64,000 nucleotides of DNA, from the NCBI GenBank assembly GCA_951406725.2, contig OX597816.1:34348001-34412000 (forward strand), written 5' to 3'. This document shows positions 14,120-27,286 of the stretch, in pieces (position 1 is the first letter of the stretch; each line of letters starts with the position of its first letter). A program made the position numbers and the translations under genes. A model generated the notes under the pieces. It worked only from the letters and a program-made list of their open reading frames with translations. It was not told the DNA's origin and ran no database searches. This DNA comes from Octopus vulgaris. Lineage: Eukaryota.

Positions 14120-15260
14120 AAATCATATAAAATAATCGTATAGAGCTAGGTCTATCTTGTTTTTACTAAAGAAGCAAAACTCTAATATATATTTTAAGAG
14201 CTCTTCCACTGGTGTTCTTTCTTTCTAACTGTACCTGTTTTAGAACACATAGAAACAAATGGTATTTGTATGTTGCCAAAACTTTTAATTGACTATATAG
14301 TTAATTTAATTTAATCTAATTTAATTAACCCAACTTAAATCAAATAAATTGCTAATACTTCCTAATTCTATTCTAAGTTTAATAGGTAATGCTACTCCCT
14401 TAATAATAATATAAAGGATTTTCACTATGATTTTCACTATATTTTGAATAAACAATTCTCTCACACCTTTTACTATAGAAATTAATTGACCTCTAGGTAT
14501 AGACCTAAAGTCTGTCTTACAATGTATAAACATTTGTATAAATAGAAAAAATGATAAATAAATAAATAAATAACCTCCTGTTCTAGTATTGCACTTAAAT
14601 CTCTTAATGTATTTTCCTCTACAGATAGCCTTTGACCCCTTTGATACTTTCTTTTGTTCTCTTTATATTTTTATACCTGATTTTAACTCTGTTGGAGTGG
14701 CAGTTAATAGCTGTATGATGGTCAAAAGTAATGTTCTCTTTTATAAATCTCAGATTCCTGCTACTCTTACCTAGATTTTCTGTCACCACAGAAATAAACT
14801 AATCTTTGTAGGTTGTGTACTTACACCCCTTCCTCCCATAATGTCCCATAATGTCCTTATTTGGGCGGTTTCTGCTTCACTGACTTCTTTTGCGACTTCT
14901 TTTAGTCAATATAGTCAATCTCTTCTTCCAACATAGTAGTTTTGTGAAACGAATAGAAGTGTGATCAACATCTCCTCATATATCAGGAAATTACATCTAC
15001 TTTATTAGGTATAAATAAATTCATAGTCTCTGAGTATGAAATATCTCTTCATATCTCCGAAAATTATACCTGCATTATTATGGATGGATTTACCTTTTCT
15101 GTGAAGCTAACAAACTTCTTTAAAAACCTTTTATAAAACAGTGCATCCTTACAGAACTGTTAAAGTCTGATTACAATCTAACATTGCTTTTCATAGAACT
15201 CTTTTCGATACTTCATGAGTGTAGCCTCACACCCTAGGATGTTTGGAAAGCTCATATGTA

Positions 15261-15351
15261 TTTTGGCTGATGAATAAGGGACACTTGTATTTGCTGCAAT
15301 ATTTGCAGCTTTTAATAAAGCTGTTCTTCGTATGAAACAATTGTACTGAAC
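15261..15351 (+). ncRNA. Type I hammerhead ribozyme in the PLE pLTR, with enlarged stem II
   Basis: Stem I TTTGG/CTGAA; CTGATGA 15267-15273; stem II ATAAGGGACA...TGTTCTTCGTAT; GAAA 15334-15337; palindromic stem III ACAATTGT; GUA cleavage triplet 15343-15345. Confidence 0.75.
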
Positions 15352-15379
15352 AACTAATCCATTGTTGTTGCTTTTTTCT

Positions 15380-15491
<112 letters not shown>

Positions 15492-15714
15492 TGTGGAAGT
15501 CTGGATATGTCAGTGTGTGAGTTATATTCCTTAACAACTACTGACACGAATTATACTCCTTTTCATTTCCGAAATACAGACTTTCAACATTTGACAAAAT
15601 TACCCACACCTTTTATGAATGTGTTTAAATACATGTCGGTATGTAGTCTCATTGATGAGTGCATACATGCATATATACACCCATTCATACACACACACAA
15701 AAATGTGTGTGTGT

Positions 15715-15758
<44 letters not shown>

Positions 15759-16339
15759 GCATGCATGCATGTATGTATGTATGCATATTTGCATGTATAT
15801 TTATGTACGTTATATACATAAACACATATAAATATATGTATATACGTATATACATAAATACATATAAATATTTTTCTTTTTTCTCTCTTTTACTTTTGTT
15901 GTTTTTATTCCTTATAGATCTTTCGCACATTTTATCACATTAGCCAACGTGAACATCACTAAATACTTTATAATTTTAGTAATTGCCTCGGAAATTGGTG
16001 TTGCAGATTTGATATATTCAGCTAAATACATTCAGTGAACGGATACTAATCTACTTCATCTGCTAATGATTAAATTATTAAAGTTGTCATAAATTCATTA
16101 GACTATATAAGAAGATCATAGGAATTATAAACTCAGTTTCGTCATTTTACAGGAGAAAAGCGATCAAAATATATGTCCTACTTTATATACTTATTATCGA
16201 ATCTATGCACGTGCTAAATCACAAGTGTGTATGGTACTTCTGATGCTCATATAAGTATAAGATAAACGCAAACACACAAACATCTATGTTTTTCTTTTAC
16301 TCCTTAGTAGTATTCGTCTTTGGACTCCAGATATATTGT

Positions 16340-17200
16340 GGTACAATTTTATATTTATTGTATGTTACATTATTTTCTACATTTTAGGAATTTGTTTCAT
16401 TTCCTTAAAGTGTTATTGCAGGAAGATGGGCTCTAATTGAATTGTTAGCACTTGACATTCCTTGAATATAAAATAGATAGTTGGCTAGGCTGGTATGTTA
16501 GTTACGTGTTCATCGAATGAGTTTTTTAACGTTTCGATTCATGTAATATTTATACGTCTGCGGCCATCTTAATATCAGTTTATAGAGTCCTTGATCGAGA
16601 ATTTGAAAGCGATATGTGTGGAAACCGGCTGTATCCATTAGTTCTTGCCTAAAAAAATTCCTTTAATGCCGGTGGTTGTAATATTACATTCCAGGATAAT
16701 CTATGCATAACCATTGCCCTGATCAAGAGAACAGAAATATAGAAATTTCAGACGTTCCCAGTAATTAGGTCCGTTAACCAAAGTTGTCGTATTTTTGAAA
16801 GTCTTCTGTTACACTTCCTTGAATGTGATTGGGTGGGTGTGGAGACCAAAGCCGTTAATAGTAATCTCGTCTTCTGAAAACTAAGGTATTCCATAGAGTC
16901 TCTATAACAAGTAGTTCTCGTGTTACGAACGTTCTCAGGAACCATTGCATTGCATGCGATTTTCTGCAGATGATTGATGCATCATTTCGCATGATTGCTT
17001 CCGTACTTTATTAAGCTTTCAATTGTTGTGCTTCCTGGTGTCAAATAATTTGTATTGTGCGTGTCAATTCCGTAGTGAGGAACGTGATATTTCCATGCAT
17101 TGAACCTCATGTAATTGTCATCTGCCTATCGATAACTGAGATTTATTTCATTCTGCAGTGAGATAGCGTCTCTTGCAGTTCGAATACTCGACGATGCATT
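16340..17200 (-). mobile_element. Highly decayed CR1/L2-like LINE RT 3' portion
   Basis: Minus-strand traces of ADD (~17115-17125), R.SMEY.S and RRR..I C-terminal motifs in the expected order; by eye only. Confidence 0.45.
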
Positions 17201-18052
17201 TGTGTCATTGGCGTTATGCATTAGATTGGCTAAGATAAGGTCGTGATAAATAATAGTGATGCTAGAAAACCTTACCGTGGAGCATAGTACTTATAACTCT
17301 AAAACAGACATACACACACACTCACACACACACACACATACACACACACTCACACAGATTCACACACACTCATACACACACAGACACATATATGTATACT
17401 CATACATATGTATGCATTATTCAACAGTGTTAAGAGAGAGCAATAGCTTAAGGTTGATGACCAGAAACAGGAGACAGTTCTGTATAAACGCCACACTGAA
17501 CAAATTTAATTAGCATTGTCTTATTCATTTTATTTGGCGGTTGGCTTGTTTTCCTTCTGGGGCAGATAACATTCCGTTTGTGGTTCCTTATATTTTCAAT
17601 CGACCAAGTGGTTGATTGATAAAATTGAACAGTGAAAACCCCTAAACGCATATCGGAAAAAGTCGTATGACTATAACTAAATATATAAATAAATAAATAA
17701 GCAAATAAATAGATAGATATTACCAATTGATTCTGTCTATTGAATGCATCATTCTGTGAAAACATGCGATCGTCACTTGGTACTGGATCCAAGGAGTTAG
17801 AAATATGGCTCATTATATCCATTGACATCAGTTTTCGAGTTCAGAATTCCTTGACTTCACTACAGATAACGCGACTTCTTTAAGCCCGGTGTATTTTATT
17901 AATAAAGGATTAAATCTACACAGTTAATCCTTTATTAATTACGCTTCCTTTTCATACGTGTGTGTATGTATACATGAATGTGCTGTGTGGCTAGTAGTGG
18001 TATGTATACAGATATAAGTCTCTGTCTCTATTTGGGAAAATAAATCTGTATG

Positions 18053-18087
<35 letters not shown>

Positions 18088-18157
18088 ATACACACATATA
18101 TATATATATACATTCATAAACACACCCGCGCACGCACACACACGCACACAAACACAC

Positions 18158-18196
<39 letters not shown>

Positions 18197-18637
18197 AACG
18201 CCCACATATATCCAAGAGTGAAGCAATGGATTAGATTAGATCCGGGCTACATATATTTCATAGCTTACGGAACCTCGGAAGAGGTAAATAAACAAGCCAA
18301 GAGTATAATGCAGGCTACTCGTGAGGCCAAGGGTATCTTGATTAAAAGAAGTTTATTCGAATACCCGACACGTAAAATTTCACATACTTCGCAAACTTCA
18401 ATACGAAACAAATCACAACATTCCGTCTCAATAAACCACCATTGTTCCTGAGAGCTCTTTGAAAGCTCACGATTGCTTGAAGTTTACTTCGTTCCTAAAC
18501 CTCGATTCTTTGATCTTATGTTCATATATATAGTAAATCCAATCAAACGAAGAACAAACACGCAAAAAAAAAACAACAACGCTAGGACGTGGCATTTATA
18601 AGGTATTAGCAGACGCCTAGCGAACGAAAGAAATGTG

Positions 18638-18672
18638 GTTTAACGTTTTGAGCAAAGCACTTCTTCAGAAAC
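18638..18672 (-). ncRNA. Decayed minimal hammerhead motif (putative PLE pLTR)
   Basis: Minus strand GTTT-CTGAAGA-A-GTGC-TTT-GCTC-AAAA(for GAAA)-CGTT-AAAC. Confidence 0.5.
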
Positions 18673-18889
18673 AGGATACGGACGAATGTCAATCAAAGAA
18701 GGAAGATTATATACATACTATTACACGTAATACAATTGTATATATATATATATATACACGCACAAATGTATCCCGTGATACTTTGGGCTTCAATGAAGTG
18801 GTCCATCATGTGTTTCATCACGTGCCGAGTTTCATTTCATATCGTTTAGATTGCATAGGGGAAAACCTACTTTAAGTGAATTTCATGGT

Positions 18890-19790
18890 GAGAGAGGCCT
18901 GGAGAAACTTAGAAATTGAGAAATTCTCTTGGAAAGTGTGTAACTTGATCGAGGTCGGTAATGGTGACAACAGATCTGTAACAATATCTTTGGAAAGTTA
19001 GCTGACGAAATGTTGACAGCTGCATTTGTAGGTATAAGAGAACAGCCCTGTTGCGAAGCCAATCTGGTTTTATGTATTCCGTGGTAAGATTTAGGAAAAC
19101 GGTGAGAACATAAGTATTCACGGGTGGAGACAGTGTAGCCAATTGTGGCGTTGTCAATGTATCAGTGTCTTTGATCGCAATTTGTCAATTGCCGAATTTA
19201 AAAAGCATTTCCCAAAACTCACATCATTCATACAGGCTGAGCAGCCTGTATGCATGATGTCATGTTGATGGTGAGTTGTTATGTGTGGACATGCGACCAG
19301 AGGAGGGAATCTTAAACCAGCGAGTATCCCTTTGGGTACAATAGGCTGAGTTTCTCGAAAATCTCCTACAAGATGCGCAGTTGCACTTCCGAGGATGTTG
19401 TTATCGATGTAATATCTCTTGTTGTGATATAAACTGATTTTAGCAATCATTTATGAGACAGAATTGCCTCATCCCAAGCAATGAGTTTTCACATTTTGAA
19501 ATTTACACTTCGTCCGAGGAATGCGTTACGTTGCACGTTGGATTTTATTGATGTGCTACATTGAACGGCAATTTTAAGGTAGGCCCATCGATAATCAACA
19601 AAAATGTGTAGCGGGAGGTCGATACAAGTGTAAGGGGGACAATCTATTTCTGAAAGTTACTTCGCAAAGAGTTACATTCCTCGTCCACGATAGTCACCAT
19701 ATATCAGAAATGGAGGTTTTTCTGACATTTTCTCTAGGAGCGTCATAATACCATATTGCTCCAGAAGTGGAAAACCTAAAGTGTGGAGAA
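18890..19790 (-). mobile_element. Very old Penelope-like RT remnant
   Basis: Minus-strand traces of LY..P..H, G....G...PPLVA, CMNDV (YxDD position) and TTEYIKP in PLE order; hammerhead remnant downstream on the same strand. Confidence 0.4.
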
Positions 19791-20086
19791 CTATTTGTAG
19801 AACATAAGTGATGTATTTTCATGAATAAAATCGGATATTGATTGTACGTGTGATCAACCTAATGGTCGGTCACATATATATATACACGCGCACACGCACG
19901 CATATACACGTCTTCCGTCTTATTTATTATAGATATACTTCAAGGATAAAATCATTAAAATTAATTAATTTTATGAATGGTCAGCATATAAGATATAACC
20001 TTTTAGGGAACGTTCATATATAGAGATATATAGATTTACACACAGTCACACAGACACTGCTGCACACACACGCACATACGTATATG

Positions 20087-20193
<107 letters not shown>

Positions 20194-21335
20194 ATGTATG
20201 TATTTATATACATATACATATATTTGTATGTGTGTGTGTAGAGAAACAGAGAGTGATTGCAATAAATATATATGCGTGCGTAAGTTTGTGCACGTATATC
20301 TTTGTATGTGTAGGTTGTTATATATTGGACTGCGGTCCTCCTGGCGCACCATTTTGAAGGGTCTAAATCGAAAAATCGGACCTAGTACTTATGTTTCTAA
20401 ATATGTTGCTTATTCCATCAACCTCTTTTAGAAAACCAATCACAAGGACTCGGACGGTCGTCCAGGGACTACTGTAGAACTCACCCGCCAAAGCCGTCAT
20501 GCAGTAGCGCTGAATTTAGATCCGTGTTGTTCGGAATCAAATTTCTTAACGCACAATCAATATGTATGTGTGTACGTCTGTGTAGCTATTTGCATTAATT
20601 ACTGTGCATAAATTCATGTGTGCGGTATTGTTACTTCTTTCTTATAAGTTAACAAGTTCTATACAAAACGAGTATACAACTATATTATTACAGTCTCTGC
20701 TACAGTACTAAACAGCATAATAATATTTAGATAAATTACTAAAATTGCTAATTCATAACTCATAAATATTTCATAAATTTCAAATGTAAATGCAGTATTA
20801 CATTAATATTTAATAATATCAAAACCATGAAAACTATGTTTTAAAATGTCTCAAAATCATGCTGTGATATCCATCAACTGCACAAAATAACAGCATAGGA
20901 TCAAAAACATTTCAAAATCTTAATGCGTTTCTAGTATTGCCACTGCTATCCTTCCCATTAAATGCATCTTATGAAAAAATTATTTTAATCTAAACGCTGC
21001 ATCTGAAGTTCCAGAAACGTTATAACTTATATGCGAATAACACCATACGATATGAACGTATACAACTGCACAAGAAAAACTAAAGCGCTTATCATAGCAA
21101 CATGTGCCAAATTTTTTTTTATTTTAGTCATTTTTTCCTCTCAAAATATATATGTTTTGTAATGGATTAAAATATATCATTAACGAGAGTTACCCTAATC
21201 CTTCTCCTCACGTTGATAAATTCTAGAAATTTAGTATTTCGTTCAAATAAGCACCAGAGAATAGTTGTAAATGCTTGTCTCATATGTGCACGCTTAGTTG
21301 TTAGGAAAGTGAAACAGTGGTCAGGGTTACATAAA

Positions 21336-21386
<51 letters not shown>

Positions 21387-21429
21387 TGATAATTGTATAC
21401 ATATATACATCTACACATACACACACATA

Positions 21430-22298
21430 TACGTGGTCTGATTGATAACTATTCGGACTGATGTTATAGTAAGGAGGCTAAAGTACACAGAGTAAGACCG
21501 CTTGGCACACATAAACATTGAATTTCGTTGTACATGCGCACTCAGGTTTAACATTCAAACCCACTTCCGCTATTTACAACATTGCTTGGAAAAGGTGTGT
21601 AGAGTTCGATTGTCGAATTGATAACGAAAGAGAAAGAGGAGCCGAGAATCTGTATCAGATCTTGCATAAATCTTCGTAGTATCTGCTCAGAGGCTTACAT
21701 AATTTTTTTCTAAAAGCCTAATTCTCGACACAATCAAACACACTTTATACTACTGAAACACGAGTGTCTTTTTCGTCAGCTGAAGGCCGTTTTGGCACAG
21801 ATTTGTCAGGTTATTGTTCAATACCCAAATTTTAAGTTATAATGGCCTGAACTGAATCGTAACTAATCTGCACATCCCCTGATAAGTCACGGATTGAGAT
21901 TCAACGATTTTCTCTCAAAGCTGCATGCACATCTGCAATGTTTATCTCGCTTTCGCAGGTAACGGGTCATTTAGAACGTTCGTCAATATAAACATTTTTT
22001 AGGCTGGTACACTTGTGTGAGGCTCATAAACTACTCTCCATACACTTTCTGAAAGTTTCCGGAGGCTTCTGAGCAGGTATTGCCATGACAGCTAGCACTG
22101 TCATGGTCAATGCAAAGATCCCACACTACACACCTTCTTCCAGGCATTGCTGTAAACGTCTGAGGTGAGTTAGAACTGTAAAACTTAATGCACTAGCCGA
22201 CAAAGTTAAACATCAATCTTTGCCGAATGATTTTACTCTGCGTGTTTTGGCTTCGTGATTCTGGCAACAGTTCAATTACCTATTGATCATACCTCTTA
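21430..22298. mobile_element. Mariner-derived element made of two inverted 5' ends, TA-flanked
   Basis: 21432-21602 is a diverged inverted copy of ~22125-22296; transposase N-terminal traces on + (RICIRSCI) and on - (SVPKRPSADEKDTR). Confidence 0.65.
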
Positions 22299-22676
22299 TA
22301 TATATATTTTTGTATGTCTAGAGAAATACGATTGGATTCATATCTTGCGTGAACTAGATATATCATCAGTTTCTCTCAACAACAGCTGTTCTCTGCAAAG
22401 CATAGTTTTTAAAAACACATGAACGCCAGTGATAGTTATAGGAAAATACTTGTTAACAGTTATGGCCGAGCGAATTACCTACCTTCGCTCGGTAGCTAGT
22501 AAAATTCTCCGTCCTGGGATTCAAGTCGCCGCCTGGCTTATGTAAATTCATAAGAATGATGATAATATTTCTGCCGTACATAACTGACATAGCTTTGTTC
22601 CAGTGCGATAGTGTCCACAAGTTTCTAATAATTTCGAATTGATGACCGTCATTTAGGCGCAATATGTTTCCTGCGA

Positions 22677-22724
<48 letters not shown>

Positions 22725-22727
<3 letters not shown>

Positions 22728-22845
22728 TGAAATCACCGTGACCGACCAGACTATCAGATGTTGCGACACATCGCTGGTCACAATACTTTTCGGATCGTTT
22801 TAGGCTTCAAATGACGCCATCCCGCTGGCTAAGCGAGCAGGCCAA
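22725..22845. repeat. ~120-bp GC-richer structured island inside (TA)n
   Basis: Sharp boundaries with TA runs; hairpins gaccag..gatgt/acatc..ctggtc and cgct-ggcta-agcg; single copy in window. Confidence 0.4.
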
Positions 22846-22877
22846 TATATATCTCTATATATAATATATATATATAT

Positions 22878-23049
22878 ATACGAGGGTCGTCTTTCAGTTT
22901 CAGTTTCCTTTTAAGCAAATATACACACAAAAGTCTTTGGTCTGCCCGAGACTATAAGAGAAATCACTTGCTGAATGTGCCACGCAGTTCTACTGAACCC
23001 GGAACCACATCATTCAGAAGCAAGCTACTTACTACACACCCATTCCTGC

Positions 23050-23052
<3 letters not shown>
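22878..23052 (-). mobile_element. SINE family B, head + CORE-like part only
   Basis: Matches 35425-35592 (ctttcagttt...cacttgc..gtgccacgcag...actgaacccggaacc). Confidence 0.75.
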
Positions 23053-23095
<43 letters not shown>

Positions 23096-23115
23096 GTATA
23101 TACTCATATGCATTT

Positions 23116-23171
<56 letters not shown>

Positions 23172-23436
23172 GTACGTATATGTATGTTTGTCTGTATAAT
23201 GATGCAGGTGTGAAAACGAACATTCTCTTGTGATTACTCCACATCCTCAGCTAATGCAAGTTCAGTGTACACAGTGTTTCAAAATCAGGAAGAAAGAACA
23301 TTCTCACCAACAATACAAAATATGTAGCTTCCAGCCATTAGCTCTTGCAAAGAATAAAACAATTTGTGGATTGCCAAAATTAGATATATTTACAGTGGAA
23401 TGTTCTTTGATATGATTTCATGCATATACGTATGTT

Positions 23437-23572
<136 letters not shown>

Positions 23573-23995
23573 GTGTGTGTGTGTGTGGTGTTGTGTGGGT
23601 GAAGTCATTGAAAAGGAAAAACCTACAATAATAAATTAATATAGGATAAGGAATATATTGCCAGGTCTCTCAGAAGATATTAGTGTGATATAGGGAATTA
23701 GAAAGCAAAATATTCTTCTTAAAGTAACATTAAAGTCTAAAATTTTGTTGGAATCTTTAAACTAAATTTATTTTCAAATTGAAAGTTTTATTGGAAAATT
23801 TATTAACTTTCGAGGAAATTTTTGAGTATTCTGAATTTTTACTTATAATTTCATAGAGAAAACTCAATTTCCAAATTTAAATTTTAAAGTAAATGTAATT
23901 TCAAAGCTAAAAAAATATTTTTTTATTACGTAATAAACAAAAACACAACATAACATTATGAAACTAAAATGTAATGGACGTTAGAAAATAAATAA

Positions 23996-24044
23996 TTGGT
24001 GTACATGCGTGTTTCAGGAATTTTTCCAGCTTCTTTAGCTCCAA
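23996..24044 (-). ncRNA. Decayed hammerhead motif in a TA-flanked AT-rich island (~23600-24227, probable solo pLTR)
   Basis: Minus strand TTGGAG-CTAAAGA(for CTGAAGA)-AGCTGGAA-AAA-TTCCT-GAAA-CACGCATG-TA-CACCAA; stem III is one change from palindrome ACATGCATGT. Confidence 0.45.
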
Positions 24045-24229
24045 CTCCAACCCCATAACGTTATACTGCTACACTGCCTGGCTATTAGAGTAAGTTGATC
24101 GTGAACAGTTTATGAGTTGGGCGAGGTGCTGAAGATAGGAGCAATTACAACATCACTCTTTACATTGACGTACTGGTATAGGAATGCTGGCCCTAAAATA
24201 TATAGAAAATGCGCGGAGGTAACTGAAAT

Positions 24230-24269
<40 letters not shown>

Positions 24270-24283
24270 CACACATACACACG

Positions 24284-24387
<104 letters not shown>

Positions 24388-26453
24388 AATTCGTCCTCTC
24401 CCCCGTTTGAAAGCTGTGTGAGTTTGTGTATTACCCCCAACGAAAAATCCCGGTGAGTAACGTAGTTGACTTTAAAATATTAAGTACCTAGCTGGACTAA
24501 ACTATTCAATTATGTGTCCCAGTATCGCCGCACCAGGTTTACCTGAAGCAACGAAATATAAGGATATAGAGGAATTAAACATTATATAAATATGCTTATA
24601 CATGTTTTTGTGTATATATAAGAATGTATGTATATATAAAAACTTGTTTGTGAGTTTGTATGCGTATATAAAAATATATGTATGCATGTGTAGGTGTATA
24701 GAATAATGTATGTACGCGTGTGTATGTATACGCATGTATATGTGTATATAAAATGTACATGCATGCGCGTGCGTGTGTGTACATACATGTACATTGAGTT
24801 ATGATATACATTTCTTTGCTAAAATCAAGGCCTTAAAATTAATAGAGACGCACATTGAATGTATATATTTAGTGCATTTATGAATTTAATTGAAATCATG
24901 AGAAAGAAGTTCAAACTCAAGCCCAGATTAAAGCATAAGGGATATGGAACAAATATCTTAATATTAAGTTGTAAGCTGGAAGCAGAGGCACATCTCTGTT
25001 ATTACCTATTTATAGTACATTATACTATTAACAGTATAAAGCTTAGCACATTTAATTTGTTATTATGCATTTAATTCACACTATATTTACAACAATGTAT
25101 GGTTTTCATTGTATTATTATACGAATAAAATTGCTTCCCAGATATATTTACATTGTGTATAAAATTTCTGTTTGCAATGTTTGGTATTACAATTCATTAG
25201 AAATAGATACTACAGGGGTAATCCTTTTATCATTTAAGTATTTATACAGAATTGCTGATGAAAACTTTTGTAATCCCAGAGCTGTCTTTTTTTATGTTAT
25301 CTTAGAATGGATTATTAAAATCAGTTTTAATTTCACAAAATTCACATTAATAGACGCGTAGAACCACACGTGCATTCGCATACATAAATTTGCATATATA
25401 TAAATCTACACTTGCGTATACATCTTCATATATATTTTTATACAAATGTCATTTTGTGCTTGTACATGTCTGTGCATGTATATACATATATATACGGGAA
25501 TTGTATAGATGTGTAAATATGTACAAAAAAAGAGGTGAGATGAAGCATAGACCATTAAAGCCGTCGGTATATTTATTCATAAGTGTCTAACACAAGAAGG
25601 CATTTATTAAAAGCAAGTGGAACATGCATCATTTATCAAACGAGATGATGTTTATCCGTACTGCATTTACTCAGAGATTGCATATTTGTATAGCCTTGTA
25701 CTTTGATGAAATTCGCCTCTAATCGTGAATGGCCGAAACACTGATTATTGAATCAGACTTTATCATACAAACGTCATTTTATTTCCTAATCAACTTTCAA
25801 AGAATATTTCTAAACTTTAAGTTACACAATAAGTATAATATTAAAACCTAAGTTACACCATAACTTATACCTAACTTACATCACAAGTATAATGCAACGT
25901 TTTATATATACGCTCTGTATATAATTTTATTGAGTTGTTTCTATAAAAGGCAATAAAAAAACATTCTTGTGCGTCCATCGCAGTTTAGATTTTGTTTGGT
26001 AAAATATAGAACTCCCAGAAGAAACTGATTTTTGTGCGGTAGTTTGAGTTGTGTGTTTCTCTCTTTTATATTCATTCTGTGCAACTAAAATCAAATGTCA
26101 TGATATTCTCTTTAGTAAAGATTTGTCAGCGATATTTGGATATGTACTGCTTGACTTCATCTGTATCGGTTCTTGCAGAACATTTTTCTGTGGAGAAAAT
26201 TTTCTATAACTTACTTTCTTTTAATACCTTATGAAACATTTTTTTTTTAAATTTCATCGTTATGTGTTCCTTTATCCCTGTTTATTGTCTTGCCCAAGTT
26301 TATACATTCAAAATTATTCTTTGGGTAGAGCTATATAATTTTCTTTCTGTTATGCACAAAAATACTCACAGCGAAACATGTGTGTGTTTGTGTGTGTCTG
26401 TGAGTACGTGCGCGCATGCCTCTGTGTGTGTGTGTGAGTACGTGCGCGCGTGC

Positions 26454-26510
<57 letters not shown>

Positions 26511-26740
26511 CACGCGTGCGTCCGCTACCTGTTTGCTTGTGTGTGTGTTGGAAGATAGAAACTGAAAGAAAATTCTCGAACTGTCGTTCGGAGACATGAT
26601 GGTGTTCTTCTTCCATTTTTATTGTAAAATTCTATCCTAATAAATGTCTGTATAATCCCAATTCTTTCCTGTTTTTCTTCATAATAATTTTTTTTTAAAT
26701 CACATTCATGTATGAATTCTTTTACAGCTTAAAAATATCT

Positions 26741-27012
26741 ACTGTTCTATATTTAGGAAATGAGGAATTATGTACATTATTTACAGTATTTATATTTAAA
26801 GGATATTTCTCCTCATCTTGTTTGTTGTTAAGCCAACGTTTCGGCTGATATACTCTCCAGCCTACATCAGGTGTCTTGGGAACATGTCGAACCTGGGTTC
26901 TCATTCCCAAGGTATTATTCAGGTCACTGCCTGGAATCGAACTCGGAACCTTGGGGTTAAGAGTGTGGGCCACTAACTCCATGATTCCGAGTTTGATTCC
27001 AAGTAGTGAACG

Positions 27013-27090
<78 letters not shown>

Positions 27091-27286
27091 TAATAATTAT
27101 AATAATAACATTAACTATAACAAAAAAAAAACAACATCGAAAATACCCTTGGAATGAGAATCCAGGTTCAAAATTTTCGCAAGATACCTGATGAAGACTG
27201 GAAGTTACATCAGCTGAAACGTTATGTTACCAACAAACAAGATGAGGACTAATATCCGTCATAATTAAAAAATGTAAATAATGTAA
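26741..27286. mobile_element. Fold-back insertion of tRNA-head/(AAT)n/hammerhead-tail element (locus A)
   Basis: Minus arm ~26741-26959 and plus arm ~26955-27286 are inverted copies; B-box gagttcgattcc; HHR cores at 26830-26875(-) and 27183-27228(+); homologous to 41218-41744. Confidence 0.85.
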
